Source: Chitinilyticum litopenaei DSM 21440 (GTDB taxonomy: Bacteria; Pseudomonadota; Gammaproteobacteria; Burkholderiales; Chitinibacteraceae). Taken from it: a stretch of DNA of 32,000 nucleotides. The DNA lies in the NCBI RefSeq assembly GCF_000428145.1, contig NZ_ATZJ01000007.1, positions 24,859-56,858 on the forward strand. The letters run 5' to 3'. The notes beneath the pieces were generated by a model that had not been told where the DNA came from, ran no database searches, and saw only the letters and a list, made by a program, of their open reading frames with translations. The position numbers were made by a program, and so were the translations under genes. Shown here piece after piece: positions 7,943-16,961 of this stretch. Every line of letters starts with the position of its first letter. Positions within the stretch are counted from its first letter, which is position 1.

Positions 7943-10807
7943 ATGACCGAAACGGCTTCCGACCGTGTGCGCCATTATTTAGTGTCTGGCATTTTCATTA
8001 CGGGTATGGTTCTGCTGCATTTGTACGGCGGAGCCTATGGGGCAATACCCTGTTACGGTATCTTGCTGTCCTGTAGCGTGCCGGTGCTTGCCACCGGCCG
8101 ACTGCGCAGCAAGCTGCTGGTGCTCGCCGGCCTGCTTGGCTTTTTCCTGCTGAATTTCCCCGTCCTGCCGGCCTTGCTGCTGGCGGCTGTGTTCTTCACC
8201 TGTGGCATCTGGGTGGCGGCGGCATTGCCCAACCGGCTGCGCACCTTCCACCTGCCCGATGTGCGCCAGTTGCTCATCCGTGGCGTGCTGGCGTCTTCGC
8301 TGCTCGTGTCGCTGCTGGTCACCGTGCTGGTGCGCGATGCCGGCAGCAACCTGCTGGACTGGTCACAGGCCACGCTGATCAATATGGCGGCGACCAGCCT
8401 GGCCATGCTGCTGCTCTTGCCCTTGCTGCACTCATGGGAGCGCCGCCGCTGGCGCTGGTCTTCGGCGGGCGAGCTGCTGCTGCAGGCGGCCTTGGCGGCC
8501 ACCGCCTGCGCGCTGGCTGCGCGCGATGGCCAGACGCTGCCGGGCCTGCTGTTTCTGGTCTTCCCGCTGATGATCTGGGCAACGCAGCACCGGCTCTATC
8601 CCGGGTTTCTGGCCGTGGGCTTCGCCGCGACACTGGCCACCCTGCTGGCACTGACGCACAGCGTCCATGCTCCCGGCGCCTGGGACTGGCTGGGCCACCT
8701 GCTGTTCCTGAATGCGCTGCTGGCCACCGGCTTTTTGCTGGCGGCCTCGGGCAGCGATGAGCTGGACATGTCGCGCGCACTGCTCAAGGAGCAGCAAAAG
8801 CTGGCGCGCCTGCTCGACGATGTGCCGACCTACATCTTCATCGAAGACCTGCAAGGGCGTTTCACCTATGTCAACCGCGCCTTTGCCGCGCTGACCGGGC
8901 ACGCAGCCGAGGCACTGATCGGTCAGCCCGCCAGCAGCTTCTGCGACTCGCTGAGCCAGCCGGGGCACCAGCCCGTGGTCGGGCCGCAACCCTTTGAATG
9001 GCAGGTGGTAGGCGCCACCGGCGAGCATGTGCTGCTGGGCAGCTGCTTTGCATTGAGCGACAGCCAGGGCGAAGTCTACGGTCGCGGCTTTGCCGCCTCG
9101 GACATCAGCGAGCGGGTGCTGGCCGACGAGCAGGCGCGCCTTACCGCCAAGGTGTTCGACAATGCTTCGGAAGGCATCCTGATCACCGATGGCGCCGGGG
9201 TGATCATTGCCGTGAACGCGGCCTTCTGCCAGATCACCGGCTATGGCGCCGCCGAGGTAATCGGTCGCCGCTCGCGCATGTTCGTGCCACAGGCTTCGGG
9301 CCAGAATGCCGAATTGCAGCAGACGCTGCAGCAGGGCGGGCAATGGCAGGGCGAAATGATGGATCGTCGCCGCAACGGCGAGCGCTATCCGGCCTGGCTC
9401 TCGATCAGCGCCGTGCGCGGCAATGACGGGCGCGTCACGCACTGCGTGGGCGTGTTCAGCGACATCACGGCGCGCAAGCAAAGTGAAGCGCGCCTGCATT
9501 ACCTGGCCAATCATGACACACTGACCGGCCTCTTGAATCGCGCCGGTCTGCAGGAACAGCTGCGCCGCCATATCGGCCAGAGCCAGGCAAGCCATCAGCC
9601 GCTGGCACTGCTGTTCATCGATCTGGACCGCTTCAAGGGTGTGAACGACAGCTATGGGCATGCGCTTGGCGACGCACTGCTGCAGCAGGTGGCGGGACGC
9701 CTGCGCACCAGCCTGAAGGATGAGGACCTGATCGCCCGCCTGGGCGGTGATGAATTCACCGTGGTGCTTGATGACGCGCCGTGCCACGCCACGCTGGCGA
9801 CGATTGCCGATTGCCTGGTCGACGAACTGGCCCGCCCTTACCGAGTGGAGGGGCACGAGCTTTATCTGACCTGCAGCATCGGCGTCAGCCGCTATCCGGA
9901 CGACGCCGACGATGCGCAAAGCCTGCTGCGCACCGCCGACATCGCCATGTATCGGGCCAAGGAGCTGGGCAAGAACAATTACCAGTTCTACGCCAGCGAA
10001 CTCAATACCCGCGTGAGCGAGCGCATGAAACTTGAGGGCGAAATGCGCCGGGCGCTGCGCGAGCGCCAATTCCAGCTGCATTACCAGCCGCAGTACAGTC
10101 TGAGCACTCAGGAGCTGATCGGCGTGGAAGCATTGCTGCGCTGGCATTCGCCCAGCCGCGGCCCGGTAAGCCCGGCAGATTTCATTCCAGCCGCCGAAGA
10201 GTCGGGGCTGATCATCCCCCTGGGCGAATGGATTTTGCGCACGGCCTGCCTGCAGATGCGCAGCTGGCTTGACGAGAACGTGGACATCCCTGTGGTGGCG
10301 GTGAATCTGTCACCCCGCCAGTTCGTGATGCACAAGCTGGTCGATATGGTGCGCAAGGCTCTGGACGAGGCCCGCATTCCGGCTCAGCGCCTCGAGCTGG
10401 AAATCACCGAGGGCATGATCATGCAAAACCCGGAAGAAGCCGTGGCCATCCTGCGCGATTTGCGTGCCATGGGGGTCAAGGTGTCGATCGACGATTTCGG
10501 CACCGGCTATTCCTCGCTGTCCAATCTGCGCAATTTCCCGCTGGATGCGCTGAAGATTGACCGCTCCTTCATCTGCAACCTGCCGCATGACGATGACAAT
10601 GCCGCGATAACGGCAGCCATTGTTGCGCTGGCGCGGAAATTGCGGCTGACGGTGGTGGCGGAAGGAGTAGAATCCGCAGCCCAGGCCGATTATCTGGGCA
10701 GCCTGGGTTGCCACGTTGCCCAGGGCTTTCATTACAGTCCGGCGCTTTCTGGCACACAACTGCCCCAGCAGCTGAGCAGGGACGCACAGCTGGCACTGGC
10801 CTGCTGA
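7943..10807 (+). CDS. Membrane sensor with PAS-PAS-GGDEF-EAL domains (c-di-GMP cyclase/phosphodiesterase)
   Basis: The N-terminal ~290 aa are polytopic (MASE1-like). Two PAS-like segments follow. The GGDEF motif is intact ([10 protein letters not shown]). EAL signatures are [21 protein letters not shown] and EGVE. I saw no RxxD I-site upstream of GGDEF. The ATG at 7943 is preferred over 7898. Confidence 0.9.
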   Translation: MTETASDRVRHYLVSGIFITGMVLLHLYGGAYGAIPCYGILLSCSVPVLATGRLRSKLLVLAGLLGFFLLNFPVLPALLLAAVFFTCGIWVAAALPNRLRTFHLPDVRQLLIRGVLASSLLVSLLVTVLVRDAGSNLLDWSQATLINMAATSLAMLLLLPLLHSWERRRWRWSSAGELLLQAALAATACALAARDGQTLPGLLFLVFPLMIWATQHRLYPGFLAVGFAATLATLLALTHSVHAPGAWDWLGHLLFLNALLATGFLLAASGSDELDMSRALLKEQQKLARLLDDVPTYIFIEDLQGRFTYVNRAFAALTGHAAEALIGQPASSFCDSLSQPGHQPVVGPQPFEWQVVGATGEHVLLGSCFALSDSQGEVYGRGFAASDISERVLADEQARLTAKVFDNASEGILITDGAGVIIAVNAAFCQITGYGAAEVIGRRSRMFVPQASGQNAELQQTLQQGGQWQGEMMDRRRNGERYPAWLSISAVRGNDGRVTHCVGVFSDITARKQSEARLHYLANHDTLTGLLNRAGLQEQLRRHIGQSQASHQPLALLFIDLDRFKGVNDSYGHALGDALLQQVAGRLRTSLKDEDLIARLGGDEFTVVLDDAPCHATLATIADCLVDELARPYRVEGHELYLTCSIGVSRYPDDADDAQSLLRTADIAMYRAKELGKNNYQFYASELNTRVSERMKLEGEMRRALRERQFQLHYQPQYSLSTQELIGVEALLRWHSPSRGPVSPADFIPAAEESGLIIPLGEWILRTACLQMRSWLDENVDIPVVAVNLSPRQFVMHKLVDMVRKALDEARIPAQRLELEITEGMIMQNPEEAVAILRDLRAMGVKVSIDDFGTGYSSLSNLRNFPLDALKIDRSFICNLPHDDDNAAITAAIVALARKLRLTVVAEGVESAAQADYLGSLGCHVAQGFHYSPALSGTQLPQQLSRDAQLALAC

Positions 10808-10841
10808 GTGTGGCCAGCCCCCGGAATCAGGACACTATTTG

Positions 10842-11588
10842 ATGCAGAAGAAAACCATCCACGGCTTTCATGCCGTGCTCGCGCGACTGCGCCGGACCCC
10901 CGATAGCGTGCTGGAGATTTACTTCTCCAGCGATCGCAATGATGCGCGCATGAAGGATGTGCTGCAGCTTGCCGAACGCACTGGGCGCAAGGTGCATGGT
11001 GTCAGCGGCGACCGTCTGGACGGCCTGACCGGCCATGCGCGCCATCAGGGCGTGGCGGCACTGATCGACGCGGGCCGCAGCTATGTGGCGCTGGAAGACG
11101 TGCTTGATGATCTGCAGGAGCCGCCGCTCCTGCTGGTTCTCGACGGCGTGACCGACCCGCACAATCTCGGTGCCTGCCTGCGCGTGGCCGACGCCATGGG
11201 CGCCCATGCCGTGATCGCCCCCAAAGACAAATCGGTAGGCCTGACGGCCACCGTTTCCAAAGTGGCTTGCGGCGCTGCAGAAGTGCTCCCCTACATCATG
11301 GTGACGAATCTGGCACGCACGCTGCGCGACCTGAAAGACCAGGGCGTGTGGATTGCCGGCACGGCAGCGGAAGGATCGACCGATTTGTTCCATTTCCAGC
11401 AAACCGGTCCGCTGGCCTGGGTGCTGGGCGCGGAAGGCGACGGCATGCGCCGGCTGACCCGCGAGCTGTGCGATGTGCTGGTGTCGATCCCGATGTTCGG
11501 TTCGGTCGAAAGCTTGAACGTCTCCGTGGCCAGCGGCATTGTTCTGGCTGAAAGCCGGCGGCAGCGCCAGATGGGCCATACGGCCTGA
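10842..11588 (+). CDS. rlmB: 23S rRNA (guanosine-2'-O)-methyltransferase, SpoU/TrmH group 3
   Basis: Motifs are [36 protein letters not shown] and [20 protein letters not shown]. The ORF-track start at 10839 is TTG; the adjacent ATG at 10842 is used here. Confidence 0.9.
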   Translation: MQKKTIHGFHAVLARLRRTPDSVLEIYFSSDRNDARMKDVLQLAERTGRKVHGVSGDRLDGLTGHARHQGVAALIDAGRSYVALEDVLDDLQEPPLLLVLDGVTDPHNLGACLRVADAMGAHAVIAPKDKSVGLTATVSKVACGAAEVLPYIMVTNLARTLRDLKDQGVWIAGTAAEGSTDLFHFQQTGPLAWVLGAEGDGMRRLTRELCDVLVSIPMFGSVESLNVSVASGIVLAESRRQRQMGHTA

Positions 11589-11609
11589 TCACTCCGCTTG
11601 CAGCGAAGG

Positions 11610-11660
11610 CAGGCCCGGCAGATTGTCGGGCCTGTTGCATTTCGATGCGCAGAAATGCAA
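11610..11660 (+). terminator. Two adjacent stem-loops downstream of rlmB (possible terminator)
   Basis: Hairpin 1 is CAGGCCCG-9nt-CGGGCCTG (11610-11634). It is directly followed by hairpin 2, TTGCATTTC-8nt-GAAATGCAA (11635-11660). There is no long U-tract. Confidence 0.35.
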
Positions 11661-11746
11661 CAGAACAGGTGATTCGGCAGCGGTCATACCCCTGCAGCGT
11701 GCAGTTCACTAGAATGGTGCCTGCTGAAATTTGCCAGACCCTGCCC

Positions 11747-13936
11747 ATGCCTCTTTTGCGCCTCAACCTGCGCCCGCTTCTTGTCCTTGTCCTGTTATCC
11801 GCTGCCGTGCTGCCGGCTTTGCCTGCCATGGCGGCAACGGCGAGCGAGCGACCACGCATCGGGCTGGTGCTGGGGGGAGGGGGCGCGCGCGGGCTTGCCC
11901 ATATCGGCGTGCTCAAGGTGCTGGAAGAGGCGCGAATCCCCATCGACTGCGTGGTCGGCACCAGCATGGGCTCGCTGGTAGCCGGGGGCTACGCCGTGGG
12001 CCGTACACCGGATGAACTGGAGCGACTGGTGGTCGCCGCCCCCTGGGACAAGCTGCTGGCCCCGTACCAGAATCGCGCCGCGAGCAGTTATCAGAACAAG
12101 CGCCAATCCGACCTGAACATTGCGCTGGAAGTGGGCTTGAACAACAAGACGGTGCAACTGCCCAGCAACGCCATTTCGACACAGGAGGTGGAGTTTTTTC
12201 TGCGTGACATGACCAATGCGGCCAGCGTGACCAGCTTCGATCAGCTGACCATTCCTTATCGCGCCATTGCGACAAATCTGGCAACCGGCGAGATGATCGT
12301 CATGCGCGATGGCGATCTGGTGACGGCCATGCTGGGCAGCATGGCTGTTCCCGGGATATTCCCGGCGGTGAATGATCGCGGCCGCCTGCTGGCCGATGGC
12401 GGCCTGGTGCGCAATGTACCGGTCGATATCGCACGCGATTTGTGCGCGGATGTTGTGATTGCGGTCAATGTCAGCTCGCCCTTGCTGGAACCTGCCGAAC
12501 TGACCGATGTGGTCAATATCGCCGACCAGTACACCCGGCTGATGATGAACCAGAACGTGAAGCCCCAGCTGGATTCACTGACCGACAAAGATGTGCTGCT
12601 GGAACCCGGCTTGGGCAAGTTGTCCTCGATGGACTTTGACAAGGCTGCCGAGCTCATCAGCCTGGGGGAGGCGGCCGCGCGCGAGGCTTTGCCACGCCTC
12701 AGGCGCTACAGCCTGAATGAAGACCGCTACGCCGCCTGGTACACCAAGCGGCTGAATATCAAGCCCGTTTCGCAAAATATCGCCTCGGTGGCAATAGCAC
12801 CGATGCGCACCGTCAACCCGGAAAGTGTCAGAAAGGAAATCCTGGTGCCCGTCGATGCGCCACTGGATCGTGAAGCGCTGGAGCAGAGTCTGCGCGAACT
12901 GTATGGCACCGGTGATTTTTCCCAGGTCAATTACCAGCTGCTGCCCGGTGAGTTTGGGCAGCAACTGATGATTCACCCGATCGAAAAATCCTGGGGGCCG
13001 AATTATCTGGCCTTGGGGCTCAACTATGGTTCCGACTTCGATGGCTGGTCAGCCTATGAGCTGAGCACCCAGTATCGCAGGACCTGGCTGAATTCCCTGG
13101 GCGCGGAATGGCGACTGCTCGGGCAATTCGGTACCGATGTGAATGTGTACAGCGAGTTTTACCAGCCCTTGTCGATTGATCGCGGCTGGTTTGTCGCACC
13201 CTTCATCGGTTATCGCAACGATGACCAGGATTTGTGGTTAGGCGAAACCAAGTACAGTACCTACACCAATCGCACGCTGCTGGCTGGCCTCGACATCGGA
13301 ACCAGCCTCTTGAATCGGGGTGAGGAGTTCCGCTTTGGGCCGGTCTTTCATGAAAACCAGTCCAGATCCACGGTTGGCCTGCCGCTGATCTCCGAATTGT
13401 CCAGCCATGATTACGGCCTGCAAGCCGAGCTGTATTACGACCAGCTGGATGATTATTTCTTTCCGACCAAGGGCAGCATGATTCACCTGAATGCCTATCA
13501 TGCGCTGGGCGGCGGCGGGGATTATGGCGATTACAGCTATATCAGCGGTAGCTGGCGCTTTGCATTCAGCAACGGGCCACTGCAGGCGGAACTGCTGCTG
13601 GATGCCCGCTGGGGGGAAGGGCTGCTGCCCATCAATCAGCTTGCCTATCTGGGAGGCTTCAGGAACTTGTCCAGCTATCACTCCCAGCAGCTTTTTGGCA
13701 CCAAAAAACTGCTGGCCGGCCTGAACCTGCGCCATCCACTCAAAAGCGGCCAGCTGGGCCTGCTGCTGGAAACCGGTATGATTCGCGGCATTGAAGCGCT
13801 TGTGCCAGACAAGGTGCGGTATTCGGGGATGCTGTACTGGGGCAACAAAACCTTCCTTGGGCCTGTCTACCTTGGCCTCGCTTATGGCGACAACAAGGAT
13901 ATGCGTGCCTACCTCATACTGGGGCAACCCCGCTGA
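11747..13936 (+). CDS. Patatin-like phospholipase fused to POTRA/Omp85-type beta-barrel (PlpD-like, type Vd secretion architecture)
   Basis: Signal peptide MPLLRLNLRPLLVLVLLSAAVLPALPAMA. Patatin motifs are GGGGARG, GTSMG (GxSxG) and ADGG. The C-terminal ~300 aa are aromatic/Gly-rich with alternating beta-strand character, and the protein ends ...YLILGQPR. The ATG at 11747 is preferred over 11645. Confidence 0.85.
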   Translation: MPLLRLNLRPLLVLVLLSAAVLPALPAMAATASERPRIGLVLGGGGARGLAHIGVLKVLEEARIPIDCVVGTSMGSLVAGGYAVGRTPDELERLVVAAPWDKLLAPYQNRAASSYQNKRQSDLNIALEVGLNNKTVQLPSNAISTQEVEFFLRDMTNAASVTSFDQLTIPYRAIATNLATGEMIVMRDGDLVTAMLGSMAVPGIFPAVNDRGRLLADGGLVRNVPVDIARDLCADVVIAVNVSSPLLEPAELTDVVNIADQYTRLMMNQNVKPQLDSLTDKDVLLEPGLGKLSSMDFDKAAELISLGEAAAREALPRLRRYSLNEDRYAAWYTKRLNIKPVSQNIASVAIAPMRTVNPESVRKEILVPVDAPLDREALEQSLRELYGTGDFSQVNYQLLPGEFGQQLMIHPIEKSWGPNYLALGLNYGSDFDGWSAYELSTQYRRTWLNSLGAEWRLLGQFGTDVNVYSEFYQPLSIDRGWFVAPFIGYRNDDQDLWLGETKYSTYTNRTLLAGLDIGTSLLNRGEEFRFGPVFHENQSRSTVGLPLISELSSHDYGLQAELYYDQLDDYFFPTKGSMIHLNAYHALGGGGDYGDYSYISGSWRFAFSNGPLQAELLLDARWGEGLLPINQLAYLGGFRNLSSYHSQQLFGTKKLLAGLNLRHPLKSGQLGLLLETGMIRGIEALVPDKVRYSGMLYWGNKTFLGPVYLGLAYGDNKDMRAYLILGQPR

Positions 13937-14078
13937 TCCCTGTGACTCCATTGGCGCGGGCCTAACAGAGAGTGCAGTCAGCTTATGAGCAGGTGTGCAA
14001 CAGCAGGGGGCAAAGCATTGCCAGCCGAATCAATAGCATGGAGTCCTGAAGCATGGCAACCGTGCTCATGCCGGCACA

Positions 14079-14106
14079 ACTTTACATAATATACAGTTTC
14101 GGTACA
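14079..14106 (-). other. Hybrid dif-like site (prophage left junction) with a degenerate XerC arm
   Basis: The minus strand reads tgtaccgaaac|TGTATA|TTATGTAAAGT. Against E. coli dif (GGTGCGCATAA TGTATA TTATGTTAAAT) the central hexamer matches 6/6, the XerD arm 9/11 and the XerC arm only 5/11. Confidence 0.7.
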
Positions 14107-14477
14107 GATTCAAGAAAGTATAAGTTATTGTAAAGTAAGCCCAATCCCATACTAATCAGCGCCACGGGGAGGGCCTTGAAGCCGTGACGCTTCGAAAAAT
14201 CCTCCCACCAGTCTAACCTCGCCGGGTCTTGCTCTCGCTCCATATTTGCGGCAGCGATGATTTCCAATGGGTTTATACCCAGTCTCTGTGCAATCACAAT
14301 GCAGTAGTAGTCTTCAGGTCTTCTGCCTGTCCTCCATCCGCTTACAAGGCTGCTCCTTTCGTCCTTGCCGCTTAGCAAGCGTGCAAGTTCGTTATCACTC
14401 TTAAGCCCTTCCTTTTCTTTCAGCTCGTCTACGTACTCGATAAAGGTTTTCACGCATCCTTCCTTGACATGCTGCAC
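14082..14477 (-). CDS. Prophage HTH regulator (putative repressor) with a hydrophobic C-terminal segment
   Basis: 131-aa ORF divergent from the phage structural and replication genes. It has an XRE-like HTH (SDNELARLLSGKDERSSLVSGW...IVIAQRLGINPLEI) and a hydrophobic tail (ALPVALISMGLGLLY). The track start at 14477 is GTG. An in-frame GTG at 14453 has a better RBS (AAGGAAGGA). The stop codon lies inside the left dif-like site. Confidence 0.6.
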   Translation of the reverse strand: MQHVKEGCVKTFIEYVDELKEKEGLKSDNELARLLSGKDERSSLVSGWRTGRRPEDYYCIVIAQRLGINPLEIIAAANMEREQDPARLDWWEDFSKRHGFKALPVALISMGLGLLYNNLYFLESVPKLYIM

Positions 14478-14515
14478 GCAACTGCGTGCAATTCAGGTGC
14501 ACGCAGCTTCGTGCA
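14473..14515. promoter_or_regulatory. Operator-like repeats in the divergent repressor/early promoter region
   Basis: TGCACGCA-ac-TGCGTGCA is a perfect 8-bp inverted repeat at 14473-14490. A second TGCACGCA lies at 14498-14505, followed by GTGCA at 14511-14515. All sit between the repressor start and the 105-aa ORF. Confidence 0.45.
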
Positions 14516-14546
14516 TTAGCTTACAAATTCCCAAGGATGATAACCC

Positions 14547-14864
14547 ATGTCGAATCCCGATCAAGGCCAAGCCGGCAAAGCCGCACCCCAACGCAACATC
14601 CTGAGCCTCTATGGCCGTATCGAGTCCTTTGAGCGCTTCAGCCAGGACTTTTACACCACGGTCGTTCTCCCCAGTACTGATCCCTTTGCCTCGGCGCAAT
14701 TCGTCACCGTCAAATCACATCGCATCATCGGCCAGCGTGGCGACGTTATCGAAATCCCCTGCACTCCGGGCGGCTATCAAACTACCTACGATCGTACCGA
14801 CAAACAAACCGGCGAGAAGACCAAGGGCAAAAAGGTCGTTATGCACCTCCTCGCAGTCGAGTGA
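14547..14864 (+). CDS. Phage hypothetical protein, 105 aa (possible ssDNA-binding/gV analogue; function not established)
   Basis: ATG preceded by AAGGA. It is the first gene of the rightward phage operon. The beta-rich, basic C-terminal half (KQTGEKTKGKKVV) is compatible with a small OB-fold protein. I recognised no diagnostic motif. Confidence 0.4.
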   Translation: MSNPDQGQAGKAAPQRNILSLYGRIESFERFSQDFYTTVVLPSTDPFASAQFVTVKSHRIIGQRGDVIEIPCTPGGYQTTYDRTDKQTGEKTKGKKVVMHLLAVE

Positions 14865-14879
14865 CGAGGACCGCGACCC

Positions 14880-14929
14880 GAGGCGGGATGCTGGTAATTC
14901 CCGCCTCTTCGGAAAATATTTCCGTTTTT
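14880..14929 (+). terminator. Tandem stem-loops upstream of the rep gene (terminator/attenuator or origin-associated structure)
   Basis: Hairpin 1 is GAGGCGGGA-10nt-TCCCGCCTC (14880-14907). Hairpin 2 is CGGAAA-ata-TTTCCG followed by TTTTT (14910-14929). Confidence 0.4.
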
Positions 14930-14966
14930 GACCTCTCCGACCTCCACAAACGCCGACAAAAAAGCC

Positions 14967-16286
14967 ATGAATTTTCGCCCCTTCATCGACTGGATCCAGC
15001 TTGAACAGACCTACCCGTCTGTCCTCGTCCGTCGTGAAATGAACACGGCAGAATTTGAGCAACACCGGCCCGCCTCTGACGCTCGCGGCAACCTCCTGAC
15101 CATGCCCGAATTCTGGTCTATGTCCTTCGTCGGCCCGCGTCCATCCGTCATTGAGCACTTAAACGGAATCCCCGTCATCGATGGCGGCGTGATCATCAAG
15201 GTTGAGCGCGACGAAGAGACCGGTCAATACAAGGACGACCCCGAATGGGTCACCAACGCCCGCAAATCCTGCCGCGGCTCCTACGAAAGCCATGTCATGG
15301 TCAAGTCTGATGGTACCCGCCTGATCCTCGACGGCAATATCGGTCGCTGGAATCGCCCTGATAACCTTTTCAGCTTGGACCTGCACGACACCATTGAAGC
15401 CGCACAACGCTTTGTCCAGGCGCTGGGAGTAGGGCAGGGCTTCACCGTTGGTGATCGTATGGACAAAACAGACTACGCCGATGGTCACCGGCAGGGCGCA
15501 GAGCTCACCGAATACGATCGCAAGCACGGCCTGACCTACTACTACACCGGCGCCCGCATCAACAAGCTGCACCTCACACAGAATTTTGTCACCGGCTCCG
15601 CACAGAATGCCGAAGCCTTCATGTCATGGCTGCAAACACAGTCCGCCAAGCGCATCAAGCGCAACAAATACGCATCCTCTGGCGTGGCATGGGGCAGTAA
15701 AGGCCGCCGCGTATATCTCAAAGCCTATATCAAGCACCTCGAAATGCTTGCGCATTGCAAACAGCACGGCTTATCCAAAGAGCAAGTATTAAACGACCCT
15801 GTTTATCAGTTCTGCCTGAAAAATGGCGTAGTTCGTTTCGAAGCCGAATACGGCGATTCATTCCTTAAGGAAAACCATCTCCATTACCTCGGAGAATGCA
15901 CCATGCAAAAGCTCACAGAACATTTCTCTCGCCATGTCTCCGAAATTACTGATCGTGTCCGCGATGACATCACCACAATTGACCCGTCATCTTTTGACGT
16001 TCCAGCAGGTTGTCTTGCTGCGGCAATGGCCTATTTGCGCGGCGAGGATGTACGGGCAGCCATGATTCTTGCAGGCAAGGAACGCACGTTCCGCAATTAC
16101 GCCAAGCGTCTCAAGCAATATGGCCTCGACATTAACGAGCCGCTCCAGAAAGACCAGAAACTCACCGCTGTAATCAAAGTGGTGGAAATCATGCCCCTCA
16201 ACGATGCCCCTAATTGGTACTGGCAGCATCAGGAGCGCATGACTGCACAAGCCGCCAATGATTCAACTAAGCAGGTCGCAGCATGA
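14967..16286 (+). CDS. Rolling-circle replication initiator, filamentous-phage gene II/X family
   Basis: Starts MNFRPFIDWIQLE, the IDW start typical of the gII/CRI family. It has the conserved block GSYESHVMVKSDGTRLILDGNIGRWNRPDNLF. At 439 aa it is the largest phage ORF. The track start at 14928 is TTG; the ATG at 14967 is preferred. Confidence 0.8.
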   Translation: MNFRPFIDWIQLEQTYPSVLVRREMNTAEFEQHRPASDARGNLLTMPEFWSMSFVGPRPSVIEHLNGIPVIDGGVIIKVERDEETGQYKDDPEWVTNARKSCRGSYESHVMVKSDGTRLILDGNIGRWNRPDNLFSLDLHDTIEAAQRFVQALGVGQGFTVGDRMDKTDYADGHRQGAELTEYDRKHGLTYYYTGARINKLHLTQNFVTGSAQNAEAFMSWLQTQSAKRIKRNKYASSGVAWGSKGRRVYLKAYIKHLEMLAHCKQHGLSKEQVLNDPVYQFCLKNGVVRFEAEYGDSFLKENHLHYLGECTMQKLTEHFSRHVSEITDRVRDDITTIDPSSFDVPAGCLAAAMAYLRGEDVRAAMILAGKERTFRNYAKRLKQYGLDINEPLQKDQKLTAVIKVVEIMPLNDAPNWYWQHQERMTAQAANDSTKQVAA

Positions 16287-16450
16287 TTCCCTTTATCCAG
16301 ATAATTCTCCTCGCCTTCGCGCTGGCTGGCTGTGCTTCGCCCATGCAAGACGCCCATTACCGGGAAACCCGATGGGCTTTGCATTTCAACAATCAGACTT
16401 GTGCCGATTATGATTTGAACTGGCTTGAATGCCAGATATTGAGCAAATAA
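16283..16450 (+). CDS. Small phage lipoprotein, 55 aa (not in the ORF track)
   Basis: The ATG overlaps the rep stop codon (ATGA). Sequence MIPFIQIILLAFALAGCASP... has a lipobox LAGC. The stop codon TAA is at 16448-16450. Confidence 0.5.
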   Translation: MIPFIQIILLAFALAGCASPMQDAHYRETRWALHFNNQTCADYDLNWLECQILSK

Positions 16451-16608
16451 TGAATGCATCCGAAGTCACTGCCGAATCACTTGCTCTTATCGGCATTAAT
16501 GGCCCTGATATTTTCGAGGTCTATATGTGGGGCTTTGGTAGTGTCATTGTCTTTTGGTCAATAGGTTTTTTTGTCGCCTGTGTGGTTCGTGGTATCCGCA
16601 AGGCATAA
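16450..16608 (+). CDS. Small hydrophobic phage protein, 52 aa (g7/g9-type minor coat candidate; not in the ORF track)
   Basis: TAATG overlap with the preceding ORF. It has one TM helix (WGFGSVIVFWSIGFFVACVV) followed by the basic tail RGIRKA. Confidence 0.5.
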   Translation: MNASEVTAESLALIGINGPDIFEVYMWGFGSVIVFWSIGFFVACVVRGIRKA

Positions 16609-16640
16609 CCGCCCGTAAGGGCATTCAAGGAGAAGTCCCC

Positions 16641-16859
16641 ATGAAATATCGCAAAACTGCTCTGCGCTTTGGCGCCGCTCTCGCTGTTGCCGCTGTTGCC
16701 ACTTCAGCCAATGCTGCTGGTGCTTTTGACACCATCGCTGCCTCGGTTGATTTTGATTCCGTAGCAACTTGGGTTGGCACTATCGGCATCGCCATTGTTG
16801 GCATTGCAATGGCATTCAAGGCCATTGACCTTGCCAAGCGCGGCGTTCGCAAGGCTTAA
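16641..16859 (+). CDS. Major coat protein (g8p-like)
   Basis: RBS AAGGAG lies 8 nt upstream of the ATG. Signal peptide is MKYRKTALRFGAALAVAAVATSANA|AG. The ~47-aa mature peptide has an acidic N-terminal part, one TM helix (WVGTIGIAIVGIAMAF) and the basic C-terminus KRGVRKA, which is the classic g8p layout. Confidence 0.8.
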   Translation: MKYRKTALRFGAALAVAAVATSANAAGAFDTIAASVDFDSVATWVGTIGIAIVGIAMAFKAIDLAKRGVRKA

Positions 16860-16865
16860 CCTGCC

Positions 16866-16961
16866 ATGATTACAGGCGCGCTTGTTGCTCTCTTTTATTC
16901 GCTGATTGCCCTGATTGGGGCAATGAGCGCGTTTGTTTTTGTTTTGGCCATTCGATCATGA
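16866..16961 (+). CDS. 31-aa hydrophobic peptide (minor coat g7/g9-type candidate; not in the ORF track)
   Basis: Sequence MITGALVALFYSLIALIGAMSAFVFVLAIRS. Its TGA overlaps the ATG of the g3p-like gene (ATGA), suggesting translational coupling. Confidence 0.4.
   Translation: MITGALVALFYSLIALIGAMSAFVFVLAIRS

Noticed and set aside
8036-8062. GGGGCAATACCCTGTTACGGTAT resembles one arm of the REP-like repeat.
   Set aside because: Only one arm is present, and it lies inside the coding region of the GGDEF-EAL gene. It is probably a chance partial match.
8432-10147. 571-aa minus-strand ORF. Similar antisense ORFs are 3310-4230, 10827-11579, 13238-13951, 25635-26879, 26978-28090, 28267-28965, 29119-30282, 29859-31337 and 31420-31944.
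   Set aside because: Each is the mirror frame of a gene that has clear catalytic motifs on the other strand, and none has independent support.
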